A DNA stretch of 64,000 nucleotides from the NCBI GenBank assembly GCA_963718615.1, contig OY970368.1, forward strand, positions 1,216,001 through 1,280,000, written 5' to 3'. The notes under the pieces were generated by a model. It did no database searches and was not told where the DNA came from. It worked only from the letters and a program-made list of their open reading frames with translations. This document shows, one piece after another, positions 41,475-51,838 of the stretch. The stretch comes from an uncultured cyanobacterium (GTDB lineage Bacteria; Cyanobacteriota; Cyanobacteriia; PCC-9006; JAAUQQ01). The first letter of the stretch is position 1. Each line of letters begins with the position of its first letter. The position numbers were made by a program, and so were the translations under genes.

Positions 41475-43103
41475 TCACTCGGATTCGTCCTGGGAATTTT
41501 CTTCTAGCGAGAGAGATTGTTTGGGCCAGGTAAACCGGAAAGTCGTGCCCTGCCCTAGGGCCGAAATGACCTGGATTTCGCCCTGTTCTGTTTCAATAAT
41601 TTTTTTGACGATCGCCAGCCCAACCCCCGAGCTTTCCACCTGGTCACGGGACTGAAGCGTCTGAAAAATGCCAAAAATCTTATGGTGAAATCGCGGATCA
41701 ATCCCCGGCCCGTGGTCCCGCACTGAAAACTCATAGACTTCACCGCGATCGCGAACCGAAATTTCAATCTGGGCTCCATCGGTTTCGCTCCCATACTTAA
41801 TTGCATTACTCAGCAAATTTGTAAAGACCTGCAAGAGGGAAACCCGACGCGCTCTCAATACCGGTAAATTAGGCGCGACTTGAATCTGCACCTGAGGGGA
41901 CGGAGCGAGACTGTCAATCACCTCCTGGATGAGTGCTGATACATCTATAGTTGTCAGTGCTAAATTAGCTCGCCCCACACGGGAATAGTCCAAAAGCCCT
42001 GCCAGCAAGCCCTCTAGCCGATGAATTCGCTGTTGCATCAAGGACAAATGGCCTTGGCTCTCCGGGGGCAATTGGGGTCCTGCGTCTTCTGCAATCCATT
42101 CTGCTAGGCTGGCGATCGCCCGCAGTGGAGCCTTTAGATCATGGGAGGCCACGTAGGCAAACTGGTCGAGTTCCTCATTGCGCTCTTGAAGCTTAGCTGT
42201 CATCGTGGTGAGCTGTTGATTAAACCAGTTTAGCTCCTGGGCACGCCGTTCAATCTCCAGCCGAGCCTGTCGTTTGGAGGTGATGTCTGCGATCGAAATA
42301 ATAAAATAATCCAAGCTTCCGTTGTCAGCGCGGACCGTTGAAACCGTCACGCTCACCCAAACGCTGTGCCCCTCTCGATGGATATAACGTTTTTCTAAGG
42401 CGCATTCTTCAATCTCCCCCCTCAACAATTGCTGATGAAACTGCTCGTCCTGGGTATGGTCCGCTGGATGGGTAATCTCTCGAAACGTTAGCCCCGTTAG
42501 CTCGGCTGCTCGATAGCCCAGCAAGTCGCAAAAGGTTTGGTTGACGGCTAGCCACTGACCCTCCGGTGAGAGCCGAGCTAGACCGATCGCCGCTTGCTCA
42601 AATACGGCTCGAAAGCGCTTTTCGTTTTCCTTGATCTGCCACTCGATCTGTTTCCGCAGCGTAATATTTTCGAAGCTAATCCCTACACAACTGTAAGGCA
42701 AGGGAAACGCATGAATGGCAAACATGCCGCCCTGAATCTGTCCGTCTTCATAATATACTTCGCGATGCTGGGCAGGCAAAACCCGCTGGGCCACTGCACC
42801 ATAGAGCACGATCAAATCATTTTCCATAGAAGGAAAACAGGTACGGATAGACTGCCCCAGCCTCATTTCCAGGTCAAAATCTAAAATCTCTAGAGCCGCC
42901 GAATTACAGCTAGCGAGTCTTAGCTCAGCGTTCAGACCAGCTGGCTCCTCTTCCTCATTCCATTGCCAAACGATCAAGGGAACCGAGAGTTGGCCTAATA
43001 TTTCAGAGCAGATTTCTAGATTTTGTTGTTCTGGCAATCTAGAGTAATAACTGTGTAGAAAAGAAGAATCGACATCATTTGGAGAACCTAGCATGGCGTT
43101 CAC
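41475..43103 (-). CDS. Cytoplasmic PAS/PAC sensor histidine kinase
   Basis: FRAVFEQAAIG...VNQ.FC..LGY...THP.D...EKRY...G..VWV...DIT (PAS), a degenerate PAS upstream, and FAYVASHDLKAPLR. Confidence 0.92.
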   Translation of the reverse strand: MNAMLGSPNDVDSSFLHSYYSRLPEQQNLEICSEILGQLSVPLIVWQWNEEEEPAGLNAELRLASCNSAALEILDFDLEMRLGQSIRTCFPSMENDLIVLYGAVAQRVLPAQHREVYYEDGQIQGGMFAIHAFPLPYSCVGISFENITLRKQIEWQIKENEKRFRAVFEQAAIGLARLSPEGQWLAVNQTFCDLLGYRAAELTGLTFREITHPADHTQDEQFHQQLLRGEIEECALEKRYIHREGHSVWVSVTVSTVRADNGSLDYFIISIADITSKRQARLEIERRAQELNWFNQQLTTMTAKLQERNEELDQFAYVASHDLKAPLRAIASLAEWIAEDAGPQLPPESQGHLSLMQQRIHRLEGLLAGLLDYSRVGRANLALTTIDVSALIQEVIDSLAPSPQVQIQVAPNLPVLRARRVSLLQVFTNLLSNAIKYGSETDGAQIEISVRDRGEVYEFSVRDHGPGIDPRFHHKIFGIFQTLQSRDQVESSGVGLAIVKKIIETEQGEIQVISALGQGTTFRFTWPKQSLSLEENSQDESE

Positions 43104-43328
43104 AGGTCAACAAAAATGGAAGAAAGGGCAATGAGAAATGGATAATACAGAGGGGAAGCGTCGCAGGGTGGTCTAAGCGTAGCGACGACCTGTCTTTGGG
43201 CTTACTTCCCTGGGAAGATGTTGTAATCCTTTAGCTCTGGGATTCTATAAATTGTAATACCCTAGAGTGTAGAGTTTCTCTTCCTCCCCCGGAGACATAG
43301 AAACAGGGTTTTTAAGTAGAGGCTATTC

Positions 43329-44054
43329 ATGAGTAGACGGATTCGGATCGTACTAGTTGAAGACCATGACTTGACCCGATTGGGCCTACGGGCAGCATTG
43401 GGGCAATTTGAGGATATGGATTTTCTGGGGGAAGCCGCTACCGGACAGCAGGGGTTGTCCTTGCTGAAATCCTACCAGCCGGATGTTGCCCTGGTTGATA
43501 TTGGCTTGCCCGATATTGATGGGGTAGAGCTGGTTCGTCAGTTTCGGGAGTTTCAGCTAGAGCAAGAAGGAGAGCACAAAACTCGGGTCTTGATGCTGAC
43601 CATGCATGATAGCGAAAAGGCGGTTCTGGCGGCGTTTGCTGCTGGGGCAGATTCCTACTGTACGAAGGAGATTGATACCCAAGATCTGGCCCATGCGATT
43701 CGCGAAACCCAAGAGGGGAATGCTTGGATTGATCCGGCGATCGCCCGCATCGTTCTAGGTCAGGTCAAACCCCAGCCCGTATCTAGTGGTTTGGGTAATC
43801 GTCAACGCACCGTTGAGATTCAGGCCGTTGAACCTGAGTATGAACAGATTATTGACGCTTACCCGTTGACGGAGCGGGAGCTGGAAATTTTGTCGCTTAT
43901 TGTCCAGGGATGCAGCAATGCCAAGATTGCAGAGCAACTCTACATTACTGTGGGTACGGTCAAAACCCATGTTCGCAACATCCTCAATAAGCTAGGCGCT
44001 GACGATCGCACTCAAGCAGCAGTGCGAGCCCTGCGGTCGGGCCTGATCAACTGA
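43329..44054 (+). CDS. orrA: NarL/LuxR-family response regulator, OrrA-like
   Basis: EDHDLTR.GLRAAL, VDIGLPD.DG.EL, AVLAAFAAGADSY, WIDPAIA..VL, TV.I.A...EYEQ....YPLT.RELEIL and LYITVGTVKTHVRNILNKL.ADDRTQAAVRALRSGL match my recollection of Anabaena OrrA. Confidence 0.8.
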   Translation: MSRRIRIVLVEDHDLTRLGLRAALGQFEDMDFLGEAATGQQGLSLLKSYQPDVALVDIGLPDIDGVELVRQFREFQLEQEGEHKTRVLMLTMHDSEKAVLAAFAAGADSYCTKEIDTQDLAHAIRETQEGNAWIDPAIARIVLGQVKPQPVSSGLGNRQRTVEIQAVEPEYEQIIDAYPLTERELEILSLIVQGCSNAKIAEQLYITVGTVKTHVRNILNKLGADDRTQAAVRALRSGLIN

Positions 44055-44722
44055 TCGTTGTAATGATAATTCCTGAATCCTCTGGTCTGATATGGGTCGC
44101 CTCGATTGGTAACAACTCATCAGGTTAGGGGTTTTCTTTGAATTTGAATCTGACGTTAACTTTGGCGTTGGCTTTCGTTCAAAAATTAGGGATAGACAGA
44201 ACACTGGAACCTCCTAGCATCGTCTTCTAGCGTTATCTTCGATGGTGTTGTAAGACATTATCGAGATGAGTTTTGGACGAAGAATTGGCGAGGAGTTCTT
44301 GTGTGCTCACCGGAGTTATCCTGGTCCGACGGTGAAGCATTCCTATTGTGGAATACTGTCAACAACAGAATAGCATCTCGAATGGAAGAGGCTAAGTAGA
44401 GAATTCCCTCTATTTGTTCGGTTTTCTGCCCCTGTGGAGATGTCTATAACTGACGTATCTTGCTTATTTATAGGGTGGAAGACCGCTTTCTTTACTTGAC
44501 CTAGGGAACTGAAGAAGGTGTTATTTTCAGTTCCCACGAAAAAGTGCCTTTGAAGTTCTTCTTAGGGGGTTTTCCTAGGGAGCTGAATGCAAAAATGTAC
44601 CACAAAAATAATATAATAGCAGGATAAGCGTAAGCGTTGAATCGCCAGAAAATCGACTAAAGGCCTAGGAGCGATTGCCTACGGTATTCCTAGACCTTGT
44701 TAATTTTTAAGGCATAACTAGA

Positions 44723-45097
44723 TTAGATAATACCTGTGCCTTCCTGCCGCTCATCTTGATTCATCCGCAGTTTACCCGATTCATCAGTTTGATTAATAGC
44801 CGTGAGCTGTTCTTGGCGTTCGGTTTTGAGCGCTGCTTCTTTCTCTTTTAGGTCGCCAGGTTCTTCGTAATACATTTCTGGTTCAACCGCATAGTTATTC
44901 ATCAAACCCTCGCGATCCATGGTATAGCCACCCGTTGTGTCAATGGCATCGGCATCGGCTACATCTGAGCCTTCAGGCATGTGCTTAAAATTTTCGCCTT
45001 CCCGCTCGATCCGAGCAGCGGTCTCAGCAGGGATGATGCCGCGATCATAGCCATCAGATTTAACGTCGCTGTTAGAATTGATAGGAGCAGGACTCAT
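44723..45097 (-). CDS. Conserved acidic cyanobacterial hypothetical protein
   Basis: YDRGI.PAETAAR.EREG and DTTGGYT.D.EGL.NNYAVEPEMY motifs; GAGAGG RBS before the ATG at 45097. Confidence 0.75.
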   Translation of the reverse strand: MSPAPINSNSDVKSDGYDRGIIPAETAARIEREGENFKHMPEGSDVADADAIDTTGGYTMDREGLMNNYAVEPEMYYEEPGDLKEKEAALKTERQEQLTAINQTDESGKLRMNQDERQEGTGII

Positions 45098-45223
45098 AGA
45101 AAACCTCTCGGTGTATTTATTACTGGCTATCATCGCTTGAAGTAGCTGGTACAGTATCTATCCAGCGATTTAGTTCGACTTATTCCGCAAGACTGAGCTT
45201 ATAGAAGTTGACATTTTCTCGAC

Positions 45224-45487
45224 TCACTTTAGGGGGGGCTCCTGTAGGATATCAGGTGTCGAAATAGCGGGTTTAGCCAAGGGCTTATCGATTGTTTCTA
45301 GGGTTTGAATAAGTTGAAGTGAATAAAGAATGCCACCTAAAACCGTAGCAAGCGAGATAAAAAACAGGCCAAATAAGCAAGAACTGACGGGTAGTCTAGG
45401 ATGGGAGAATTCCGTTCTGTTTTGAGAAGGCAATTCACAGTCTGCTGTTTCGGTCTGCACATTATTATTGGGCTTTTCGGGAATCAT
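45224..45487 (-). CDS. Hypothetical single-TM protein
   Basis: 87-aa ORF with one hydrophobic helix; no recognisable motif. Confidence 0.45.
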   Translation of the reverse strand: MIPEKPNNNVQTETADCELPSQNRTEFSHPRLPVSSCLFGLFFISLATVLGGILYSLQLIQTLETIDKPLAKPAISTPDILQEPPLK

Positions 45488-45924
45488 TGCATTGGTAGAT
45501 TATTTCCTTTTTTGCGTAGAATTGAATTTTTGACACAGATTTGATACAGCGCCTTGATCCAGGTGCTTTCCTATAGGTTGCCTATAAACTGAAAGTATGT
45601 CATGGACCTGTTGGTCACGACCTATAGCCTAAGAGCGACATTAATAAGATATGTAAAGACTTAGGTGGATCGTGAATTTAATGGGCTGATTTAGAGTTTA
45701 AGCAGTCTGGTATTTAGGGATTTTGTCCCTCTCTCAGCACAAAGAAGCATAGAGACTTGAAAGGAGAATAGTTGACTTCTTTCTCAAGGGAGAGCGAAAT
45801 TCCAAAATCCTATGGTTTGATAGAAACAAGATTTGAAACTCTCAAATAAACGCCACAAGGAAAATGGTTTTACAAGCCAGCCGAGTTGGCTCTTATCCAT
45901 AATCAAAAAATACGGAGGTCTTCC

Positions 45925-46095
45925 ATGCTTAGATGGGCACTTGTTTTCTTCATCGTTGCACTGATTGCTGGTTTTCTGGGATTTGGTGGTCTTGCTGCCG
46001 GTGCCGCTGGTATTGCAAGAATCCTGTTCTACATCTTCTTAGCAATTTTCCTGATTTCTTTGATTACAGGCTTAGTCAGTCGGCCAACGCTCTAG
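45925..46095 (+). CDS. DUF1328 (YtjA-like) small membrane protein
   Basis: [30 protein letters not shown]; GGAGG RBS. Confidence 0.92.
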   Translation: MLRWALVFFIVALIAGFLGFGGLAAGAAGIARILFYIFLAIFLISLITGLVSRPTL

Positions 46096-46198
46096 ACTTC
46101 TAGATGGATATTTTCTTGTTACCAAGCTTCTCCCTTGCAACGTTACGAGCGAAATTCAGCAAAGTGTTAGTTTCTGTTGATTGATTGGTTGACTGAAT

Positions 46199-46223
46199 AA
46201 CCCGCAGCTTTGGTTGCGGGTTT
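46199..46223 (+). terminator. Rho-independent terminator
   Basis: AACCCGCAGC-tttg-GTTGCGGGTTT. Confidence 0.65.
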
Positions 46224-46271
46224 GTCCATTTTTATCCAGTTGTTGCTCTCTTCTAAATCCTCAGCTTTTTA

Positions 46272-47618
46272 ATGATGAATGATAGATTAGCTCAAGCTAA
46301 AGTACTCAAACAACATCTCCTTGAGTTTGTGTTTGGCGCAGATGGTGCGCTGGCTGAGGCTCTGGAACGCTGGAGCGCAAAGCAGTCCGCCCAACTAAGT
46401 CAATCCCAATTTCAGCAGGGAGGTGTATTAACGGATTTTGTCGTAGATAGCTTCATCACCCAATCTAAGCAAGGTCAGCCTATTGCTGAGTTTCTTCAGC
46501 AACATCCCGATTTGTCGCCTGAAGAACAGCAGCTCTTGCAATCGTGGGAGCGTTCTTTTTTAGGTTTATTTGAGATCGATGAAAAGACTCCGGAAGGCTA
46601 CTTGCTATTGCGTAACTGGTTGACTGCTCAGTCCTATCGAGTTTATCCTAACGGTTCTGAATCTCCAGATTTGCTTAAGCGAATGCAGCCTAGGGGAATT
46701 TTGATGAGTCGTATTTCTCCCCTAGATTCTGAACATTGGTTTTTGTCGGGTCCAAACCTCTTTTTGGGGGCCTTAGGAAAACCCAAATTAGCCATGGCCG
46801 TGGGAAACTTTAAGCGCTATCATCCTGATTCCCTATACGAAGATGCTCCTGAGCTTTTAGAAGAGGCTTGGCGATCTGTTGTTCAGCATTATCGGGATTT
46901 TGTGGATTACTTTGGCAGCGATCGCCTCACTCTCCCCGGTCCCAAGCTTTCTCAACAGCTCACTGCATTCCAAGATGCCCTAGCGCAACAAAAAATGGAC
47001 CAAGCGGGCGTTGATGAGCAAACCTCGATTCAGGAGCTGGCTCAAAAATCAGGAACTAATCTCTCTGCTGTCGAAGAAGCGGCGGAAAATGTAGGAGCTA
47101 ACCTAAAGACAGTATCGAGTGTGTTGCAATCTCAAGGTAAACCTCGCATGGCTCCCATAGAACTTGAAGTGCCAGAACATTTACGGCGAGCTGAGCAAGT
47201 AACGCTGTTGGTTCATCCCGAATGGGGTCAGGCATTTTTGGATAACTATGCCCAGATTCAATCACTATTAACTGAACTACCGGTGGCTGTGGGCGATCGC
47301 CAAACAGAACTCACCCAAATGCTGCATGCTCTATTAAGCAAATCAGAGCTAAGTCCCTATGTATGGTATCACTTCGCTCAGGAAATGCCGCAAAACTTTA
47401 GCGCAGCCTTTGCTATTCTGCTTCAGCAACCCAACTGGCAATCCACCGAATTACCGCAGGTTTTAGAGTCCTTTGGTCATCGCGCGGAGCCAGTGCTTCC
47501 GGAAGTTGCCAATCTTCCGGTTCACCTCAACGAGCTGTTTCAAACGGCAATGCTTGACCTGACAAAGGGACGAGCAAAAAACAAAAAACAAGCGAAAAAA
47601 AAACAGGGTTTTGGTTAG
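46272..47618 (+). CDS. Conserved cyanobacterial hypothetical protein
   Basis: Long ORF with SFLGLFEI, LGKPKLAMAVGNFK, APELLEEAW.SV and HP.WGQ, ending in a basic KKKQGFG tail. Confidence 0.8.
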   Translation: MMNDRLAQAKVLKQHLLEFVFGADGALAEALERWSAKQSAQLSQSQFQQGGVLTDFVVDSFITQSKQGQPIAEFLQQHPDLSPEEQQLLQSWERSFLGLFEIDEKTPEGYLLLRNWLTAQSYRVYPNGSESPDLLKRMQPRGILMSRISPLDSEHWFLSGPNLFLGALGKPKLAMAVGNFKRYHPDSLYEDAPELLEEAWRSVVQHYRDFVDYFGSDRLTLPGPKLSQQLTAFQDALAQQKMDQAGVDEQTSIQELAQKSGTNLSAVEEAAENVGANLKTVSSVLQSQGKPRMAPIELEVPEHLRRAEQVTLLVHPEWGQAFLDNYAQIQSLLTELPVAVGDRQTELTQMLHALLSKSELSPYVWYHFAQEMPQNFSAAFAILLQQPNWQSTELPQVLESFGHRAEPVLPEVANLPVHLNELFQTAMLDLTKGRAKNKKQAKKKQGFG

Positions 47619-48064
47619 GAGACTTGAGGGGGAGAGGTCGGAGGAGGGGCGTTGCGACCTGTTTTGGGAATGGATTCCGGGTTGCGAACTTGGGGAGGCT
47701 GTTCTAAAACGACAATTAAACCTGTTCTAGCCGTGTCTAAACTAGAATCAAGCATAATATCTTGGACTTCTACCTTCAAAATCTCTTCCAGCAGGTCTTT
47801 GACTTCGGATTGGAAGACCTCGTTAACTTTCTCACGGGCTTTGACGGCAAGATCTTCTTCTTGCTGATCATCTCCATGTTCTAACAGAACCTGTTCTGTT
47901 GGGCTAAGCGAATTCTCAATGACGATCGCTAATTTGCTTTCAAACAGTTGCGCCACAATCTTACCGGGCTGGTGACCCAGCAGCTTGCGGTAGAGCGCAT
48001 TAATGCCCTGGGATATTGCCCGCTCTAATTGTCCAGCGGTTATGTCTTGCCGATGATTTTCCAT
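47615..48064 (-). CDS. DUF2294 domain protein
   Basis: GQLER.ISQ.I..LY...LGHQP.K and EQ.L...R..DI..DS...T.RTG motifs. Confidence 0.85.
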   Translation of the reverse strand: MENHRQDITAGQLERAISQGINALYRKLLGHQPGKIVAQLFESKLAIVIENSLSPTEQVLLEHGDDQQEEDLAVKAREKVNEVFQSEVKDLLEEILKVEVQDIMLDSSLDTARTGLIVVLEQPPQVRNPESIPKTGRNAPPPTSPPQVS

Positions 48065-48299
48065 CTCCTTGCCTCCAACCGTCCCCAGTGACGATCTTTA
48101 ATGTTCCATCATCATACGTCGTCGCTGCTCAATCCTCTATGGGGTTGGAACAATGGTCTGTCTAGAATTTATCATCTGAGACAAAATTTAATCCAGAACT
48201 GGGTCGCTTCGCTCTAGGGAAGGATGTGGATTGGGCGGGCTAACCGTTACTTTGGTATCCGTAAGAACTTGCTAAAGCGAGAATCTCTGAGGTACAATC

Positions 48300-48554
48300 A
48301 TGGCAGACCCTAAAACCTTGAATGATGGCGATCAGGTCAATGATCCCAACCAAAGCTTAGAATCAAAAAAACGTCAGCTTGCGGTTGATACAGGCGATAT
48401 TACAGGCGAGCACATCCAAGTGCCGACCTATGTGATAGTTGAAGATGAAGAAGGTGAGGAGAAAGCGTTGCATCACATCAAGGATGCAGAAGAGATTTCC
48501 GATGTGATTCGGCAGGCGAGGGTTGATGATCAAGGCGAACGGATTTGGCCCTAG
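48300..48554 (+). CDS. Small acidic hypothetical protein
   Basis: GAGG RBS; RQLAVD.GDITGEHI.VPTY...LHH.KDAEEISDVIRQAR. Confidence 0.75.
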   Translation: MADPKTLNDGDQVNDPNQSLESKKRQLAVDTGDITGEHIQVPTYVIVEDEEGEEKALHHIKDAEEISDVIRQARVDDQGERIWP

Positions 48555-48740
48555 GCTAACTATAGGTTGGTGAAACCTGCAGACAGGTGTTAGTTGTAAT
48601 CTCCATTAGTTTTAAAGTTGGGGCATAGCGTTATTATGTCCTAACTTTGTACCAAACTCTGATTTTGGTCAATGAATGGTTAACCAATTGCGATCGCCAC
48701 GCCTCATCCCTTAAACGTATTCTTTTCAATATTTTGGCTC

Positions 48741-49667
48741 ATGCAGGCACTTGTTAAAGAAATCAATTCTACTCTGCTTAATTTGGTCGGTCGCTGCATT
48801 GAGATTATCCCAGGTGTTCTAATTAGCATTGCTATTTTAGTCGCAACTCGTTTTCTTGCAGATGTTATCCGCCGCTCCGTGGCTCGCCTAGGAAGACGAA
48901 CGCTGAAAAATGTGTCGCTGCGAACTCTTCTTACCCAAATTAGTTTTGTTACAACCTGGGTGGTTGGCATTATCGTTGCGGCTGTTATTGCTTTTCCTGG
49001 GCTAGATTTGAGTAGCATTGTTGCACTCTTAGGCTTAGGCTCGGTTGCTGTGGGCTTTGCCTTTCAAGATATTTTTAAGAATTTTCTTGCAGGCGTGCTA
49101 CTTCTCCTTCAGGAGCCGTTTAATCTTGGGGACCAAATTATTGTCAGTGACTATGAAGGAACTGTAGAATCGATTGAGTTACGATCGACTCAGATTCGTA
49201 CTTATCAAGGGGAAGTTGTTGTTGTTCCCAATTCCGTTGTTTTTACCAATCCAGTTCAAGTGCTCACGGCCCGTGCTCAGCGACGCACCGATCTAGCCAT
49301 TGGGGTTGACTATAATACTTCCTTAGCAGAGGCGATTGAGATTTTGCTACGCGCAACAGACTCTGTAGAAGGTGTTTTAAGCGAGCCAGAAGTAGAAGTT
49401 GATGTTGTTGCCTTCGGCGATAGCTCGATTGATTTTCTTGTACGCTATTGGACTGCCCCACAAATGAAAAATGTGCGTAAGATTAAGACCCAGGTAATGC
49501 TAGCTGTGAAGCAATCCTGTGATCAAGCGGGCATTAGTATTCCCTACCCCATTCGTAGTCTTTATTGGTATGACCAAGCCGCTTTTAATGAAACAACATC
49601 TCGTGAACCTTCAATAGAAAGAAACGGGCATAAAATGATTAATCGTGACTTTGCAGGTGAAGCCTAG
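48741..49667 (+). CDS. Small-conductance mechanosensitive channel (MscS family)
   Basis: LGLGSVAVGFAFQDIFKNFLAG, PF..GDQI, EGTVE.I.LRST and VPNS motifs. Confidence 0.93.
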   Translation: MQALVKEINSTLLNLVGRCIEIIPGVLISIAILVATRFLADVIRRSVARLGRRTLKNVSLRTLLTQISFVTTWVVGIIVAAVIAFPGLDLSSIVALLGLGSVAVGFAFQDIFKNFLAGVLLLLQEPFNLGDQIIVSDYEGTVESIELRSTQIRTYQGEVVVVPNSVVFTNPVQVLTARAQRRTDLAIGVDYNTSLAEAIEILLRATDSVEGVLSEPEVEVDVVAFGDSSIDFLVRYWTAPQMKNVRKIKTQVMLAVKQSCDQAGISIPYPIRSLYWYDQAAFNETTSREPSIERNGHKMINRDFAGEA

Positions 49668-49705
49668 CCAGAGATAAACTGGTTAATAAAACTGACTTAA
49701 CTCCT

Positions 49706-49738
49706 AACTCCCTCTCTCAATATTCGAGAGAGGGAGTT
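49706..49738. terminator. Hairpin terminator between convergent genes
   Basis: AACTCCCTCTCTC-aatattc-GAGAGAGGGAGTT, a 13-bp perfect stem. Confidence 0.75.
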
Positions 49739-49799
49739 TAGCCTGATAATTTAGGTTGTGTGGTTTGAACTGTCGTTCAGATTGTGCCCTTTTTCAAGG

Positions 49800-50066
49800 T
49801 TATAGCTGCGAAGAGGTATCGGGGGATATCTCGATACCACCTAAGGCTTGCGATCGCTTGCGATCAGTAATTAAATCCTGAATACTCTCGATATCTACCC
49901 CCATTTCCTCTCCGGCTTGTTGCAACGCTGCGAAAAAAGTATCTAGGTCTGAACCATATCCGCATTGATCTGCTGCCATTTCTATGCCTTGGGGCGCATT
50001 GGCTTTTGCGCAGTCAACGAGGTCAATTCCCTGTAACGGTTTTTTTGCACTCATTTTTGCACTCAT
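49800..50066 (-). CDS. Small conserved hypothetical protein
   Basis: PLQG.DLVDCAKANA..G...AA..CGYG.D...F and terminal EI.PDT..QL. Confidence 0.75.
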   Translation of the reverse strand: MSAKMSAKKPLQGIDLVDCAKANAPQGIEMAADQCGYGSDLDTFFAALQQAGEEMGVDIESIQDLITDRKRSQALGGIEISPDTSSQL

Positions 50067-50294
50067 TAAGATTAACTAAATCGTACCTAATTTTATCGAT
50101 TCTAATCCTAGAGAATTAATTTGTTCATCCCTCTTGTGACAGAGAAAAATAAATCTTATTGTCTAATTTTTTTGCCTAAGCTCTATTTCTTAATAGGCAG
50201 TGAATAGATTAGAAAAGATCTGTCTCTAATCAGATGTAACTGATTTGTTATTTTGATTCAATGGTTTTGTTACTAGATGTAATAGGAGATTTCT

Positions 50295-50837
50295 GTGAAA
50301 AGCATTAATATTGGATTGAATCAAGAACAGCGCCAGGGTGTCATTGATCTATTGAACCAAGATCTCTCAGATGCTTATTTGCTCTTGGTCAAAACGAAGA
50401 AGTATCATTGGGACGTGGTTGGACCTCAGTTCCGCACGCTTCATCAACTCTGGGAAGAACACTACGAAGCACTGACAATTAACGTTGACGCCTTTGCCGA
50501 GCGGATTCGGATGTTAGGGGGGTATCCTATCGGCACTGCTGAAGGTTTTCTTAAGCATGCAACCTTGCGAGAGCATCCTGGTGATTTGCCCAGGGCTAGT
50601 GAGATGGTTGCTCGACTTGTGGTTGATCATGAGCAGGTGATTCGTAACCTGAGGGAGCATATTGATGCTTGTTCTGAGCAATATCACGATGAAGGTACAG
50701 CAGATTTTCTCACGGGATTAATGGAACAGCATGAAGAGATAGCTTGGATGCTGCGTTCGTTTCTTGAAGGCGACAATTTGATGGCGAGTGGCGATCGCAC
50801 CTCTGCAAAGTCAGTCAAAGTGCCAGCAGATGTCTAG
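50295..50837 (+). CDS. dps: Dps family ferritin-like DNA-protection protein
   Basis: HWDVVGPQF..LH.L.EE.Y, D..AERI..LGG, DEGTADFL and HE..AWML motifs; AGGAG RBS. Confidence 0.94.
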   Translation: MKSINIGLNQEQRQGVIDLLNQDLSDAYLLLVKTKKYHWDVVGPQFRTLHQLWEEHYEALTINVDAFAERIRMLGGYPIGTAEGFLKHATLREHPGDLPRASEMVARLVVDHEQVIRNLREHIDACSEQYHDEGTADFLTGLMEQHEEIAWMLRSFLEGDNLMASGDRTSAKSVKVPADV

Positions 50838-50964
50838 AAAGTAAGAAAGTAGAGGTCTAGAAAGCAGATGTTGAAAAAACGGCGGAGGTGAGAAAACTTC
50901 ATCATCTGTCTCATCTGTTATCAAGAACTAGTCTTAGAAGCAGCAAAATGGTAGGAGAATTTCA

Positions 50965-51732
50965 ATGGCTACAGATTACAAAGTCGAACGCTCAATTTCT
51001 GCAATTTTTTCAACAGAAGAGCAAGTGAATCGAGTGATTCATCGTTTGTTAGACCGCAATATTTCGCGCGACCATCTTTCGGTCATGGGTCGTAACTTTC
51101 AAACCGAAACTCGAATTTCTGGCTTTTTAACCAAGCGGGATGTGATTATAAGTGGTCTGAAGTCAGGCGCAATTTTTGGCTCGCTCTTCGGCTCTTTTTT
51201 GGCCCTTCTAAGTGGTGTTGGCGTCTTATTTATTCCGTTTATTGGCCCTGTTGTGGCCGCAGGTCCCCTTGGAGCCATTTTGCTAGGCGCAACCAGTGGT
51301 GCCTTGGCTGGGAGCGCTGGGGCTGGTCTAGTTTCCGTGCTGATGGCCTACGGGATGCCTGAAGAGAAGGCAACCCTTTATCAGACACGACTAAAGGCGG
51401 GAGATTTCATGGTGGTTGCGGAAACATCTGCTGATCGGACTGGTGAAATTCAGATTTTACTGGAAAGCGAAGGGGGGGAAGAAATTCACATCAATCAGCA
51501 AGCCTTACCGCTTCCTTGTCCCAGCAACTGTGAGAGTATCGATGATCTTTCTCCAGAAATCCGTTCCCATCTCTCTAGGGAAGCTCAGCAAGAATTCATG
51601 AGCCATTATAATACGGTTCTTAAGCAAAGCGACGATGCCATAAAGGCCGAAGAAGCTGCTTGGGACTATATTCGCGAACGCTATGCCGAGGATGAAAATG
51701 GCGTTTGGTCTCGCGTAAAGGTGATGGCCTAG
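50965..51732 (+). CDS. General-stress protein: glycine-zipper membrane domain fused to a ChaB-like domain
   Basis: G.LFGS.L.LL.G.G.L.IP..GP..AAGP and G.PEE.A..Y...L.AG.F, then DL..EIR.HL...AQ..F...YN......A...AW..I...Y.....G.W. Confidence 0.8.
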   Translation: MATDYKVERSISAIFSTEEQVNRVIHRLLDRNISRDHLSVMGRNFQTETRISGFLTKRDVIISGLKSGAIFGSLFGSFLALLSGVGVLFIPFIGPVVAAGPLGAILLGATSGALAGSAGAGLVSVLMAYGMPEEKATLYQTRLKAGDFMVVAETSADRTGEIQILLESEGGEEIHINQQALPLPCPSNCESIDDLSPEIRSHLSREAQQEFMSHYNTVLKQSDDAIKAEEAAWDYIRERYAEDENGVWSRVKVMA

Positions 51733-51772
51733 TTTAGCTAAAAATTTTAGCTGAGTTTAAAACCTTATCTTG

Positions 51773-51832
51773 CCTAACTCTCTGTTTAACTCTTGCCTTA
51801 ACTTTCGACTTAACTCTTTGCTTAACGATAGG
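51773..51832. repeat. 5 x 12-bp imperfect tandem repeat (core TAAC)
   Basis: cctaactctctg / tttaactcttgc / cttaactttcga / cttaactctttg / cttaacgatagg. Confidence 0.75.
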
Positions 51833-51838
51833 TTTTCT

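Noticed and set aside
51773-51832. CTTAAC repeats as a Pho box
   Set aside because: The period is 12 bp rather than 11, and the downstream gene has no phosphate link. A simple tandem repeat explains it better.
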